In this document: positions 53,870-64,000 of the stretch, piece by piece
Layout of the letters: each line of letters opens with the position of its first letter
Position numbering within the stretch: position 1 is the first letter of the stretch
NCBI GenBank assembly: GCA_010093605.1
Contig: MU004199.1
Coordinates: forward strand, 372,001 to 436,000
Reading direction: 5' to 3'
DNA from: Lophium mytilinum
Lineage: Eukaryota
Length of the DNA stretch: 64,000 bases
Translations under genes and position numbers: made by a program
The notes under the pieces: generated by a model
Databases searched by the model: none
What the model was told of the DNA's origin: nothing
What the model saw: only the letters and a program-made list of their open reading frames with translations

Positions 53870-55070
53870 CCAGTCGTTTGACGTAGATTTGGCGTCTCGG
53901 GAACTGAACATCGTCCGAGAAAATGAACCGCCTAGTCAAGGACTGCCAAACGACAGCAAAGCTAAGGCAAGCACCATGTGTTCAAGCTCTGACCTCAGGG
54001 CATGCGCGGTTCGATGGAATTTTCCCCTTTCTACAGGAATTCATTGGTACCATGTAGATCTGAGGCGTCCAGAACTTGACATCATCCGATGAAATGAAGC
54101 GCCTATGTAAGGACTCTCAGACGACCACATAGGAAAGTTAGACGCGATAGCTCCGAGCTCTGATCTAAGGGTTTGCGCTATTGAATGGATATCTTCCCTT
54201 TCGAGATTATTTCATTGGTAGCGGGTAGATTTAAGGCGTCGACAGCTTGACATCGTTCGTTTAAGTGAAAGCTCCAGCTGAGGACCCTCAAACTGCGTCA
54301 ACAGCATTGTAAAAGCGAAATATTATTAATGTAAGAATCTGCGTGATTCCTTCCTTTTTGCCGGCTAGAGAAGCTCCCCACGGCAGATCTTGCGTACTTC
54401 AATACCAAGGAGTGAATTTAGGTTCTGCGAAACATAACATCGTTTACATTAGGATAAGTTTTGCTGAAGACCTCCAAACGCCGCCCAGAAGGCGACAAAC
54501 ATGGAGAAGACAGGCGTTGATTCGCCGGAGTGTGTTAAAACATAATCTTCTAGGTTTTTCGGAATCCCCTCAGGGCCATTTTTGAATAGTGCATTAGCAG
54601 CAGGGAGATTTGGGCTCTAGTGGCTGTAACATCGTTAACAAGTATAATACTTCTAAGTAAGGGCACTCATCTAGTGCTAAGAAGGAGCAAATAGCAAGAG
54701 CTGGAAGCTTGGTTTGGGAGCCGTAGCAATTCCATGGGCTGTGAGATCTCAAGAAGCTCTCTTAAGTTGCTCTTGAAGAGTCTATTGGCATCGACGAGAT
54801 TTGGGCCTTGGTCGCCACGGCATCAATGACAGATACAATCCTTCTAGTTGTGGGCATCCATACGGCGGTAACATGGGGCCAAAGACCGAAGATAGAGGAC
54901 TAGAATTGAGAATGAGAGCAATCCCGTGAAGTTGCGAAGCTTGCGGTAGGGCTCCCTGGCCAATTTTGGTTACTCAATGGACAGTGAATAGATCTAGGCT
55001 GTTGAAACTTTTTCATGGACTATCGAATCGAAAATCGTAGTTAGGGGTCTCCAAACGGCATCAACAAGTA
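53870..55070. repeat. inverted degenerate copies of the ~171-bp repeat family
   Basis: ACATC(G/A)T anchors at ~53908, 54079, 54250, 54438 and 54629. TCCAGAACTTGACATC (~54068-54083) is the exact reverse complement of GATGTCAAGTTCTGGA at 13821. Confidence 0.6.
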
Positions 55071-55391
55071 GGGAAATTACCTTGAATATAGTTCTGATTC
55101 GTATCATGTCCGAGAGTCCTCGATTTTGGCTAGTCTCGGGGGCGTCTTCAGCGCGCACCGTTATTGCCCGCTGTCAACCACCAGAATCATACCCATCAGA
55201 CCGTTACATCATCTTTTGAAGCCTGGACATAAAGACAGGGGCGTCTCAAAGGTATGAACCATGCCGCAAAATGAAGGAAGAAGCTAGCAGAATTGGACAG
55301 GGCAGATATAGTCACGAAAGGCAAGATTTCATGGGCAAAACGTCTTCAGACTCCTGTAAACTTCACTGCCATTACTCTCACGCCGTGTCCT

Positions 55392-56336
55392 CTAAACCCT
55401 CTCTCCACGTAGCCCCTTCCGGCCCCCTTTCTTCAAAGTCGGCCCCCAAGCGTCTATCAGGGCAGCCACTCCCTCTCCAACAAACTCCGTCATCTTCTCC
55501 TGCATCTCATCTCTCTCCTTCTTCTCCATCTTCTTCATCTTCTCGAACATCGTCTTCTTATCCCCGTAAACTTCCGTCACCCCACCTGCCATAACTTCCC
55601 TCACTTCCGCCCAAAACCCCGTGAAATGACCCACTTCCGGCTCTTCGTCGACCTCATTGAGGAGGCAATCGTGCGCGTCTTCGAACTTCACCTCCGGAAC
55701 CACCGACGTCGTGCAGCCCAGCTGCTCAGCCGACGGGTCCGCTATGAGGCAAAACCTCTTGCCACCACGTTTCACGCCCCCACGAAGCTTGGCCACGCTG
55801 TGTCGGAAGATTGTGTAGTCTGGGGAGCTCTCGTCCTTAATTCAGATCTTCTTGATGTACTCCTCCTTTGGGATGAACGTGGACCATTTCACGACTACGG
55901 TGCCTATAGCCACAAGCGTTAGTTGTTACTGAATGATACAATGACGGATTATCCACCTACCCTTCAAGATCTCCTGCAGCAGCTGCAAGCAGAGCGCCAC
56001 GGACAAGTCACACTGCCTGTAGGCCACTAGGGCCACCTTCTGCTCCTCCGTTGCCTCCGGAGGGAACGAGCCGCCCGTGAACGCAAGCTCTGCGTCCCTT
56101 GCTAGGCCCAGGATGCTGCCGGCGGACTCCTTGGCGATGATCTTCTCGACGTTGACGAGGGATACGCGGCGCAGCACGGTCTTGCAGAGACGCACCACAG
56201 ACTCGGCCGTCATGGCCACGGCGTTGTAGTCTTTCGAGTCGAGAGGTGGAACTTCCGCGTCCTCGTCCAGCTTGTCCAGGAGTTTCAGCCCTTCGGCGAA
56301 GGTGGCGGCGCGTTTGGGGTGCTGGGCTTCGGCCAT
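55392..56336 (-). pseudogene. Cys-His-Asp family member TG13 with premature stop
   Basis: ATG 56336; YRQCDLS; intron 55960-55904; in-frame TGA at 55844-55842 (KI*IK where paralogues have KIWVK/KVWRN); FRHSV, IADPSAEQLG. Confidence 0.8.
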
Positions 56337-56897
56337 TTCGGCGGCGCGGGCGTGGAGTGGTGGGAGGGGGTGGAGGAAAGGGGGGTGGAGAGGAGGATGA
56401 AGCGGAGGAGGCGGAGACGGTGGAGACGGTAACAGCGGCACGTCGTGGGTGCAAGGATGTCGGTTTGGAACAGATCGTGATGTGATGAGCGAGGTGTAGC
56501 TGCTGAAGAGCTCGTGGTGGGTGAGGGTAGAGTTTATGGGTAGCTTTTTCGTGCACAGACCCTTATTTCACAGTGAAGTGACAATAGCTTATCAGCTCAC
56601 GCACAGCCGAGAATATGATACAATATGCTAGGAAAGGGCATTCAGTTGCCCGTCTAATGGCAGGAGGGGTTGGACGGGGGAGAACAGTCACTATATCCAG
56701 CTAGAACTGGGCATCACGGTTTATACAGACGGTCCACAGAAACACCATAGAAACCCGAGCTTCAGTATATTGTTCAAAAGGCTATGGATGAGCCTTACAC
56801 GACCCGATCCCTGGTTCCAGAGCGCCAATGGTCTATCATCTCGTCTTCTATCCTCCCTTTTGTACACATCAGACGCATTACTCCGTTAGTGTTTTCT

Positions 56898-57852
56898 TCA
56901 GATCCTCGGCCCATAGTGCAAGCCCACTCTACCTTTCTCCGTCAATGTGCGCTCCCAGCTGTCGCGGGCTGTTTGCACCTTTGCTCCCACCTCCAGCCAA
57001 AGACTCGTGCACGCTACAACCCGGTCTTCGAAGGACAAGGCCGCTAGGTGGTCTAACAGGCCCTTTCCTTCCACTCGATAACCCAGCCAAATCTCCTTAA
57101 CAACAGTGCGTACGCTCGACAAGAAAGAAGACGGGGGTGAGTTGATTCTTTCGTTTGAAGGCTCGACGGCTACCAGATCTTCGCCTTTATAGCTGCGACG
57201 TGCCACAAAGCTTTTCAAGTCGGAGACAAGCTCCCACCAGCCCATCTGGCAGCCAGTCGGATCCAGAACATAGCTCCGGCCACCAATATCCACTCGGATA
57301 ACACTGTGACGGAATAGTTTGTGCTCAGGTGTGTCACCGCTCTTGACCCAGATTTTTCTTCCGATCACTGGAGTATCCACCTTCCACCAGGTGGCTTTGC
57401 CTTTCTTATTCGTCCCATAGTTAGAGATCTGTAGACCAGCGATTGCCCTTCTATTTGGGAAGCAGCTTACCCCCGAGGAGCTCTCCGAGTACATCCACCC
57501 AATTGAAAACAGCCGTATCGCACTCTCGGAATGCTACTAGTGACCGTTGCTCATCCAACGGCATTCCTTGGGGAAAGGATCCTGCCTTGAAGGCGAGCTC
57601 GGCCTGCTCCGCCATCAATTCGTCCGCCTCCGACTTCACCTGCTTCGTCACTGTGAGAGTTGATGTCTCTCTCGTCGTCAGCATGCACAGCATGCCGAGT
57701 TCTCGGAGAACGGCGCGCACAGAGCCATTCTCCCCTTCAGCCTCAGGTTCCAGCGCCTGTTTTCCCTCAATGAGCTTTCTCGGGTCTTCGCTTTCTTGGA
57801 CGCGGCGTTTTTGGATGTCGGTTAGCTCGCCTAGGCCTTTCGCGGGATCCAT
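56898..57852 (-). CDS. Cys-His-Asp family member TG14
   Basis: Likely ATG 57852 (ORF open to 58092); FRECDTA; intron 57470-57401 (GTAAGC..CTAAC..AAG); FRHSVIRV, VLDPTGCQMG. Confidence 0.78.
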
Positions 57853-58284
57853 TCGGGCAGTTTGTACGGCGGTAAGGTAGCGCGCGGAGAGGGCCTGCGT
57901 GATAGCTGGTTCGCGGAGGGTTGCGCGCGATGCGCCGTTTAGAGAGAGAGGGAAAGGTTCGTGGTCGATATCGTGGATGTTGCGCGTGCTGCGTTGAACT
58001 TCGCCGAATGAGGGCATCCATAACAAGTCTGGCCGCACGGGCCTTGTGACATTGAATTCCCAGTCGGAGAATTTTAGACTTTCACGCACCATACGGAACT
58101 TAGTGCTTAATTTTGGTGAGCTTCTCGCGCACAGCCTTCCTGCTTTTTGAGGCTAAGTAACGGGTTTCACAGGTTAGCCCCTGAATGTGAAAAATGGGCA
58201 AAAAGGGGGGATTTGATGCAAATTTTAGACTTTGAGGACTGAAAATTAGTACAAAAGGTAGTATCACAAGCTATATATACAAAT

Positions 58285-59111
58285 TCACTCTTCTTCCAAG
58301 CCGCACCACTCGCAGAACCTCTCCACCCTCTCCCTCACGCACTCCATCAGCATACCCACCGCGGCCTCGCGCTCTGCCCACTTCTTCTCGACAATATCGT
58401 CCATTGTTAGGCCAGTCTGCTCGGTGTACTTCGCGATACCTCTATTGATAGTTTCTTGATAAAATGCCGGGAATGAATTTTGGCCCTGCCTCTTTGGCAC
58501 AGTCCGCGACGTCAATTCGAACCGGTGCTATGGAGCTATCACGGTAATCGTCGTAGTACATCTCGATTCCTGTGATAGCATACGGCCAGCCGAAATGCCC
58601 CCCAGGGAAGTCTACTGCCAGCACTTTCTCGTCGACGTCGATCTGATAGTGGGTGTGGTCGAAAAGTACATAGGGAGTCTCTTCGTTTTCGGTGCCGATC
58701 CAGATCTTGCGGTGCTCACGCGGGCGGAATCTCCAACAGGTGATCGAATCTATGTCGTCTATGATAATACCAATTAGCACCCCCCTGACATCGGCAAGTG
58801 TACTGCAAGAATGTACCACCATGGTGCTGCTTCAGGAGGTCGTAAATGACGAAGGAGATTCCGTCGCAATCCCGCACCTGAAACAGCGCCAGCTCGTCTT
58901 TCGTGCTCGTGCCCTGAGGAAATGGCCGTCCGATCACCATGCCAGGGGTCTTCCTGTCCACGGCTCGAAGCTCGCCAGGCTGGGACGCATCCACGCTGAT
59001 TATAAGGAGAGGGTGGGTCAACTTCCGCCCGAGCTTGTAGATCTCATAGAAGATTTTGATCTTCTCTGTAACGCGGTAGAAGGGAGAGGAGTACTTCGAA
59101 TCGTCTGCCAT
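58285..59111 (-). pseudogene. Cys-His-Asp family member TG15 with C-terminal frameshift (or sequencing error)
   Basis: RDCDGIS; intron 58816-58759; DHTHYQI, AVDFPGGHFG. Deleting one base from the T4 run at 58478-58481 restores a paralogue-like tail (..VERFCEWCG). Confidence 0.75.
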
Positions 59112-59345
59112 GTTTGCAAAACGTTCGATAGGAGGTGCTGATTGACAGTGTGCTGTGGACGATGTTCAATCTGGAGTCTGGCTGCACAGCCTGTGCGGCC
59201 TTGGCCCTTCACTATTTTCCGTCAACGTCACGCGAGCTGCCTCGACTTCTTCAGCAACCGCACACTCGACACATCCTTCGTACAAACAGCTTAGCAGCAA
59301 CTTCAGACTACACACAACGTCTCCAAATTCTCTCTAAACATCACC

Positions 59346-60195
59346 ATGTCATCCACAACCTCCTCTCCCGACTACGACGAGAACGCCGCCTCGCTGATCT
59401 ACGAGATCTTCCTGGCCATCCGCCCGCAGTACGCGCCATTCCGCCTGACCGCCAACACCTGGATGAACGCCGTCGTGCCGGCCGAAGACAACTCGTCGCA
59501 GACGGTCCGATACTACTACTACAAGGCAGAGTGGGCGACCGAGTGGGTGCCGCTAGACCTCGACCCCAAGATCCTCCACCAATTCTTCTGCCTCGACCAA
59601 TGTGACGACGCGCCCGTAATCCTAGGGCCGATAATTAACGAGCTCCTTGGCTGTAAGTCTGTCCAGTTCCGCTGACAAAGCCTGATACTGACATACATCT
59701 GCAGACAAAGACTCGCCGGAAGTGTTCTCTGTGTACGTCCTGCCAAAGCTCTGGTTCGTCACGGAGGAGAAGCCCCTGGTAGGGAAGAACGGACTGCGGA
59801 GGGGGCATACGTTGGTGAGGATTGGGCCGAACGTCCTCGACATAACGGGTGGGCAGTTCGGGGCTACCAAGCTTCGACTGTCGGAAGTGGAGTACCGGCG
59901 GGAGAACGCTGCGTCCCAGTACGGAGAGGGCACCAGCATGAGCCTAGAGCAGGCAGCGTCGTCGCTACCCACCAACCGCACAAAGGCCGACTATTGGAAC
60001 CCGCTGTTCACTCGGCTCCGCCGCAATCTTGACACTGCCTTCAAGGCGTGGATGACAGATCGCGGCCTGACGAAGGAAAAAGTAGTTCTTGACCCCGTCC
60101 GTCGCCAAGAAGTGGTAGAACTTTTCCGCAAAACCGCCCAGATGACTAGGGTGGAGTTCAACGTGGAGTACTGCCTCGGGGGCCTTTCTGGGTAG
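59346..60195 (+). CDS. Cys-His-Asp family member TG16
   Basis: DQCDDAPVILG; intron 59653-59704; GHTLVRIG, VLDITGGQFG. Confidence 0.85.
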
Positions 60196-60349
60196 TTGTT
60201 GGAGTGTGAGAAGAGGAGATTAGAAGCGGAAAGAAGGAGAATGTAAGATTATGGAGAAGAGGAGGGACCTCAGCGCCGAGTCCGCACTTTTACGCAGTGC
60301 TGGGGATAAGTAACCTGCTTGCAGGCCAAACTAAGACGGACTCATTCGG

Positions 60350-61060
60350 TTTGGTAAGTGCTCCCATCTTGCCGCCGTCTGACTGACTTCAAGGGTGTGT
60401 ATATTATCAGCAGCGATGTTGTTCACCGGACAGTTCAAATTGCGAGGGCCTCAGAAACGGTGGTTTTCGATGGTCATAGCACCGGTTGGCTGGCCTCAAA
60501 GCTCTGTAAAATACGGGAAGTAATGCTATTCTCTGCACTCTTCGTTTTGGGTAGCCATACAAATCCAATGCTTCCCCATCATCATAGCACCGCCTGACTA
60601 GCTTCAACATGGTGTAATATGTTGAAAGCAATGTTACTCTCCATGCAGTTCGAATTGGTATTCGTTGAAAAGCGGCGGGTTCCCATCGTGATAGTGCGGT
60701 CCGACTAGCTTCAAGGCTGTGCGAACTTTCGTAAGCAATGTTGTCCTCCCCGCGATTCAAATTAGTACTCGTTCAAATCTGGCATTTTTCCGTCGTTATA
60801 GCGCTGTCTGACTAGCTTCAAAGCTGTGTAAAACTATTAAGCCAATGTTCTTTTCCGTGTAGTTTGAATTGGAGATCGTCCAAGACCGGCATACTCCCGT
60901 CCTTATCGTGCTGCTAGACTGGCTTCGAAGCTGTGACCTTGATAGAAAGTAGTGTTATACTTCGTGATGTCTGAAATGGCTGTCATTCAAAACTGTGTTC
61001 TTCTATCATCATGACCCGCTAGTCTAGCTTCAAGAGTGTTTCATTTTTCAGCAACAACGC
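60350..61060. repeat. degenerate tandem repeat, ~107-bp unit, ~7 copies
   Basis: GACTAGCTTCAA-like anchors at 60381, 60488, 60596, 60703, 60810, 60917 and 61022. Confidence 0.8.
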
Positions 61061-61440
61061 CATTTCTAGGACACTTCATATTAGTGGAGCCGAAACAACA
61101 GCGGATCTTACCATCGTCTGGCGGCCTCTGAATGCTGGTAATAAATCAGACGCCATGACATACTCCAGGCATCACTAAACGACAGACCTCCAAAGATGAT
61201 GTTCCTCCACGCTCTTGCCGGCGTTAGAGTGCCTTGAGGATGTGAAATCGATGGCTAGCAATTACACACTCCGGATGGCCTATATCAAGAGCTTTGCGGA
61301 TCTCCGCTACCCACCAAGCAAAATCAAGGCCGCAGGTGGCTTGACCTATGTCGATTCGTTAAGGTGAGTCAAGGGGTGTCTTTACTGCTTCAAAGGATCA
61401 GCAAATAGACAAAGAAACTGATACAATTTGACCATACCGA

Positions 61441-62241
61441 TCATAAAGAACTCCGAAACTTCCTTATCTCACCCTCCGCGCTAGACTGGAGGGTCTCTCG
61501 CAAGGCCTTGATCTTCAGCAATGCTTTCTCCTTTAGCTCCTCATTCCAAAGGTCCGCGGCCTCCTTCACAAGCTGGTGAATACTGGTGTCTTGTTCGACG
61601 AGCCACAAGTACAAGAAGTAGTCTTCGAACACCTTTTCTCGCAAGGAATCGTACAATCCAGCCGCTTCTTTCCGTTCTTCGTACAGCGCATCCATAGAGC
61701 GACGCTGGTCGAGCTCAGCATCCTTCTCGTTCTGCCACAATCGTCGATACACACTCTCGCGCATCCAGCACGGGAGCCCGAACTGCGCCCCGCTCATATC
61801 CAAGATCCATGTCGTGCCATCATGGAAGGTGACCAGGACCACCGTATGGCCGTAACGGGGCTTGTCGCCCTGATTGTTGTACAGGACTGCGAATGGTGGG
61901 CGGACTCGGAGGGTCAGGATCTCGAGTTTGGCATGACCGGCGAAGATCTCCTCCAAGATCAGCCCTATAACACGCGGGGCTTCTTCGCAGGCATTCCAGT
62001 TAAGGATCGCTTTGGCGTCTTCTGGTTTGAGCTCGGGAGGTAGCCAGCCCAGACCGAAGTCTTTGACTCCCACCGGTAGCCCCTTGACGCGGATGTTGCG
62101 TCGCCATGAGGACTTTTCGAACCTGAAGGAAGTAATCTTCAGAGGGAAGAGTGACTTCAAGATGGCCTGCCATGCGGGTTCGAGGATGATTGTCACCATG
62201 TCGGCCCAGTGGCAGCCGTCGAACTGAGAAGACGAAGACAT
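61441..62241 (-). CDS. Cys-His-Asp family member TG17, intronless
   Basis: Single ORF; NACEEAP, GHTVVLV, ILDMSGAQFG; continuous coding (IFAGHAKLE) across the family intron site. Confidence 0.87.
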   Translation of the reverse strand: MSSSSQFDGCHWADMVTIILEPAWQAILKSLFPLKITSFRFEKSSWRRNIRVKGLPVGVKDFGLGWLPPELKPEDAKAILNWNACEEAPRVIGLILEEIFAGHAKLEILTLRVRPPFAVLYNNQGDKPRYGHTVVLVTFHDGTTWILDMSGAQFGLPCWMRESVYRRLWQNEKDAELDQRRSMDALYEERKEAAGLYDSLREKVFEDYFLYLWLVEQDTSIHQLVKEAADLWNEELKEKALLKIKALRETLQSSAEGEIRKFRSSL

Positions 62242-64000
62242 AAAGGTTGTTTGATTGAAGCGCGTCTAGTTTTCCTGGTGGTGGGATGGGGGTGGTGTGG
62301 AGGTTGTTTCTTGAAGAATACTTCTCAGGGAGCCCGTTACCTATGGACCTTTCATGATGATCGAGCACAAGGTGAATGAGCACCATTTTCCGTACGCTAT
62401 TCCATCTCATATTACATCCCTCTCATTTAGGCGCTGTAGAACGAAGCATTCGTACCCTCTAATTTGAAAGATTTCAAGGGGCCCCTTACGGCGACGACTA
62501 TAGAACAAATGAATAGATTAGAGTCTGTCGCTGGCGCTTCCATATTAGCTCTTCAATAATGATGAGACTGTAAATGAGTCGCAGTTTGAAAGCAACGCTT
62601 GAGACGCGCTTAATCTATATCCGCTCTGCTCCGTTTAAAGCACCGTCCGGAGGCCGATGGCTCAGGATTTCCAAGTTTGTAAGAAGCAGCCCAGTGTCCG
62701 CGAGGATTGCACAGTCCCCAGCGAGCCGTTGCAAGTGCTCATCGCTATCCTTATCCAACTGCATAGCGCTTCAACTCGAAAATGGGAGTGATTGTTCGTG
62801 GCGAGAACCCGCAACCTCCTGACTTACCCCCCAGCTTCCCGGCAAGCGTATATAGGTTTGTTAACAAGGAGCGATTAGGGTTCGACGTGCCATGTTCGTA
62901 TGTGATGTGTGAGTGCCCCAAGCAGTAGAAATCGAGTTACCTCCTGACTGACCGGCTTCCTACCTGCTGAGCTTCTCCAAACAGTGGCAACGAGCGTGCA
63001 AGAGTGGCGCTCAAGCGGTAGGATGTATATGTGTGTGAATCTTTCTTACTCCGGAGGTGCGAGTGCTACCGCCGCAGGTATAAGGCTTCCTAATTGAATG
63101 CAGTGACGACCGCGTGTTGAGCTCCGGGTGGAGGGCTCAGGGGGAGCAATAGGAGGTGGAGGTGGATTCTTAAATCACCGTTTGAGCCCGCGCAAACAGC
63201 CGCTATGGAACCGTCGTGTGTGGATCCGACAGATATGGTGTTCTTTTCGAAGGTCTCTGCCGCTTGGGCCGGGAATCAGGAAAGGAGAACGCAAGATGAT
63301 AGGGTCGAGCCTCCCTAGCAAGGTGACGGACGCTTGCAGTACAAATGCTGCTTAGCTATGCTCCAGGAGGTATATTTAGTAAAGATGCTGGTCAGAGTCT
63401 CAAATTGCAGCCGTGATGAGGCAAACTTGCATGACGTCGTGGTGGGCAACCCTGAGGGCCCGTGCACTTCACTGAACGATGCCACAGCAACAATAGCAGT
63501 CACGTATGTTTATCGGGCTTCAGCAATTTGGCTGTATCACTGGCAGCATATTTAAACTATCTGGAATGTCGTTGGCAAGCGCATTCAAGTCCACGTCCTG
63601 GAAGATCTCAATTCTACGCGAATGTCAGCCGCAGAGGTCCCCAGACCCCATTAAAAGACCTTATGTGCACGAACTTACATAGAACACCAAACAAAGCTTG
63701 AGAAGTGGTGAGCTGTCTATAGGCTTTAATGTGCACCAGTATTACTACAATAAAAGGGCTTTAGCATGTCGCGAAAGCCTGCAACAGCCAGAGGGTCGTC
63801 AATAGTAGCATAGGGCAACAATCACAATTGAGAGACTATTTTCTAGCGCGGTTTCGCTTATCGTTGCTCAACTTGGCCATGTTCAACAAGTCTCGTCTTC
63901 TCACGAGCACCTCGTCCTTCTAGCCTTTACAGCTACTTCTCATTACTCGCACAGCGATAATGCCTTCGTTTCCCCCTTTTGCTGTGCTGGATGCTTGCGG

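Overview
Eukaryotic DNA from a filamentous ascomycete-like fungus (short GT-AG introns with CTRAY branch points). The window is dominated by an array of 17 highly divergent paralogues of a small, unannotated-looking protein (~260-340 aa). They share a Cys...His...Asp signature ([QAET]C[DE] / H-x14-22-D-x4-Q-[FY]-G) consistent with a transglutaminase/papain-like fold. 14 of the 17 carry a phase-1 intron at the same position (codon +17 after the Cys in 12 copies). Three are intronless, one has lost the whole triad, and two are interrupted. The array is interleaved with three tandem F-box-like genes (plus a probable relic), a BTB-like gene, and degenerate ~107-bp and ~171-bp tandem repeat families. 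An ordinary metabolic island (MFS transporter with a 5-nt micro-exon, arylsulfatase, metallophosphoesterase, secreted heme peroxidase) and an ~8-kb degenerate region split the array. Gene models were built by hand and no database searches were run.
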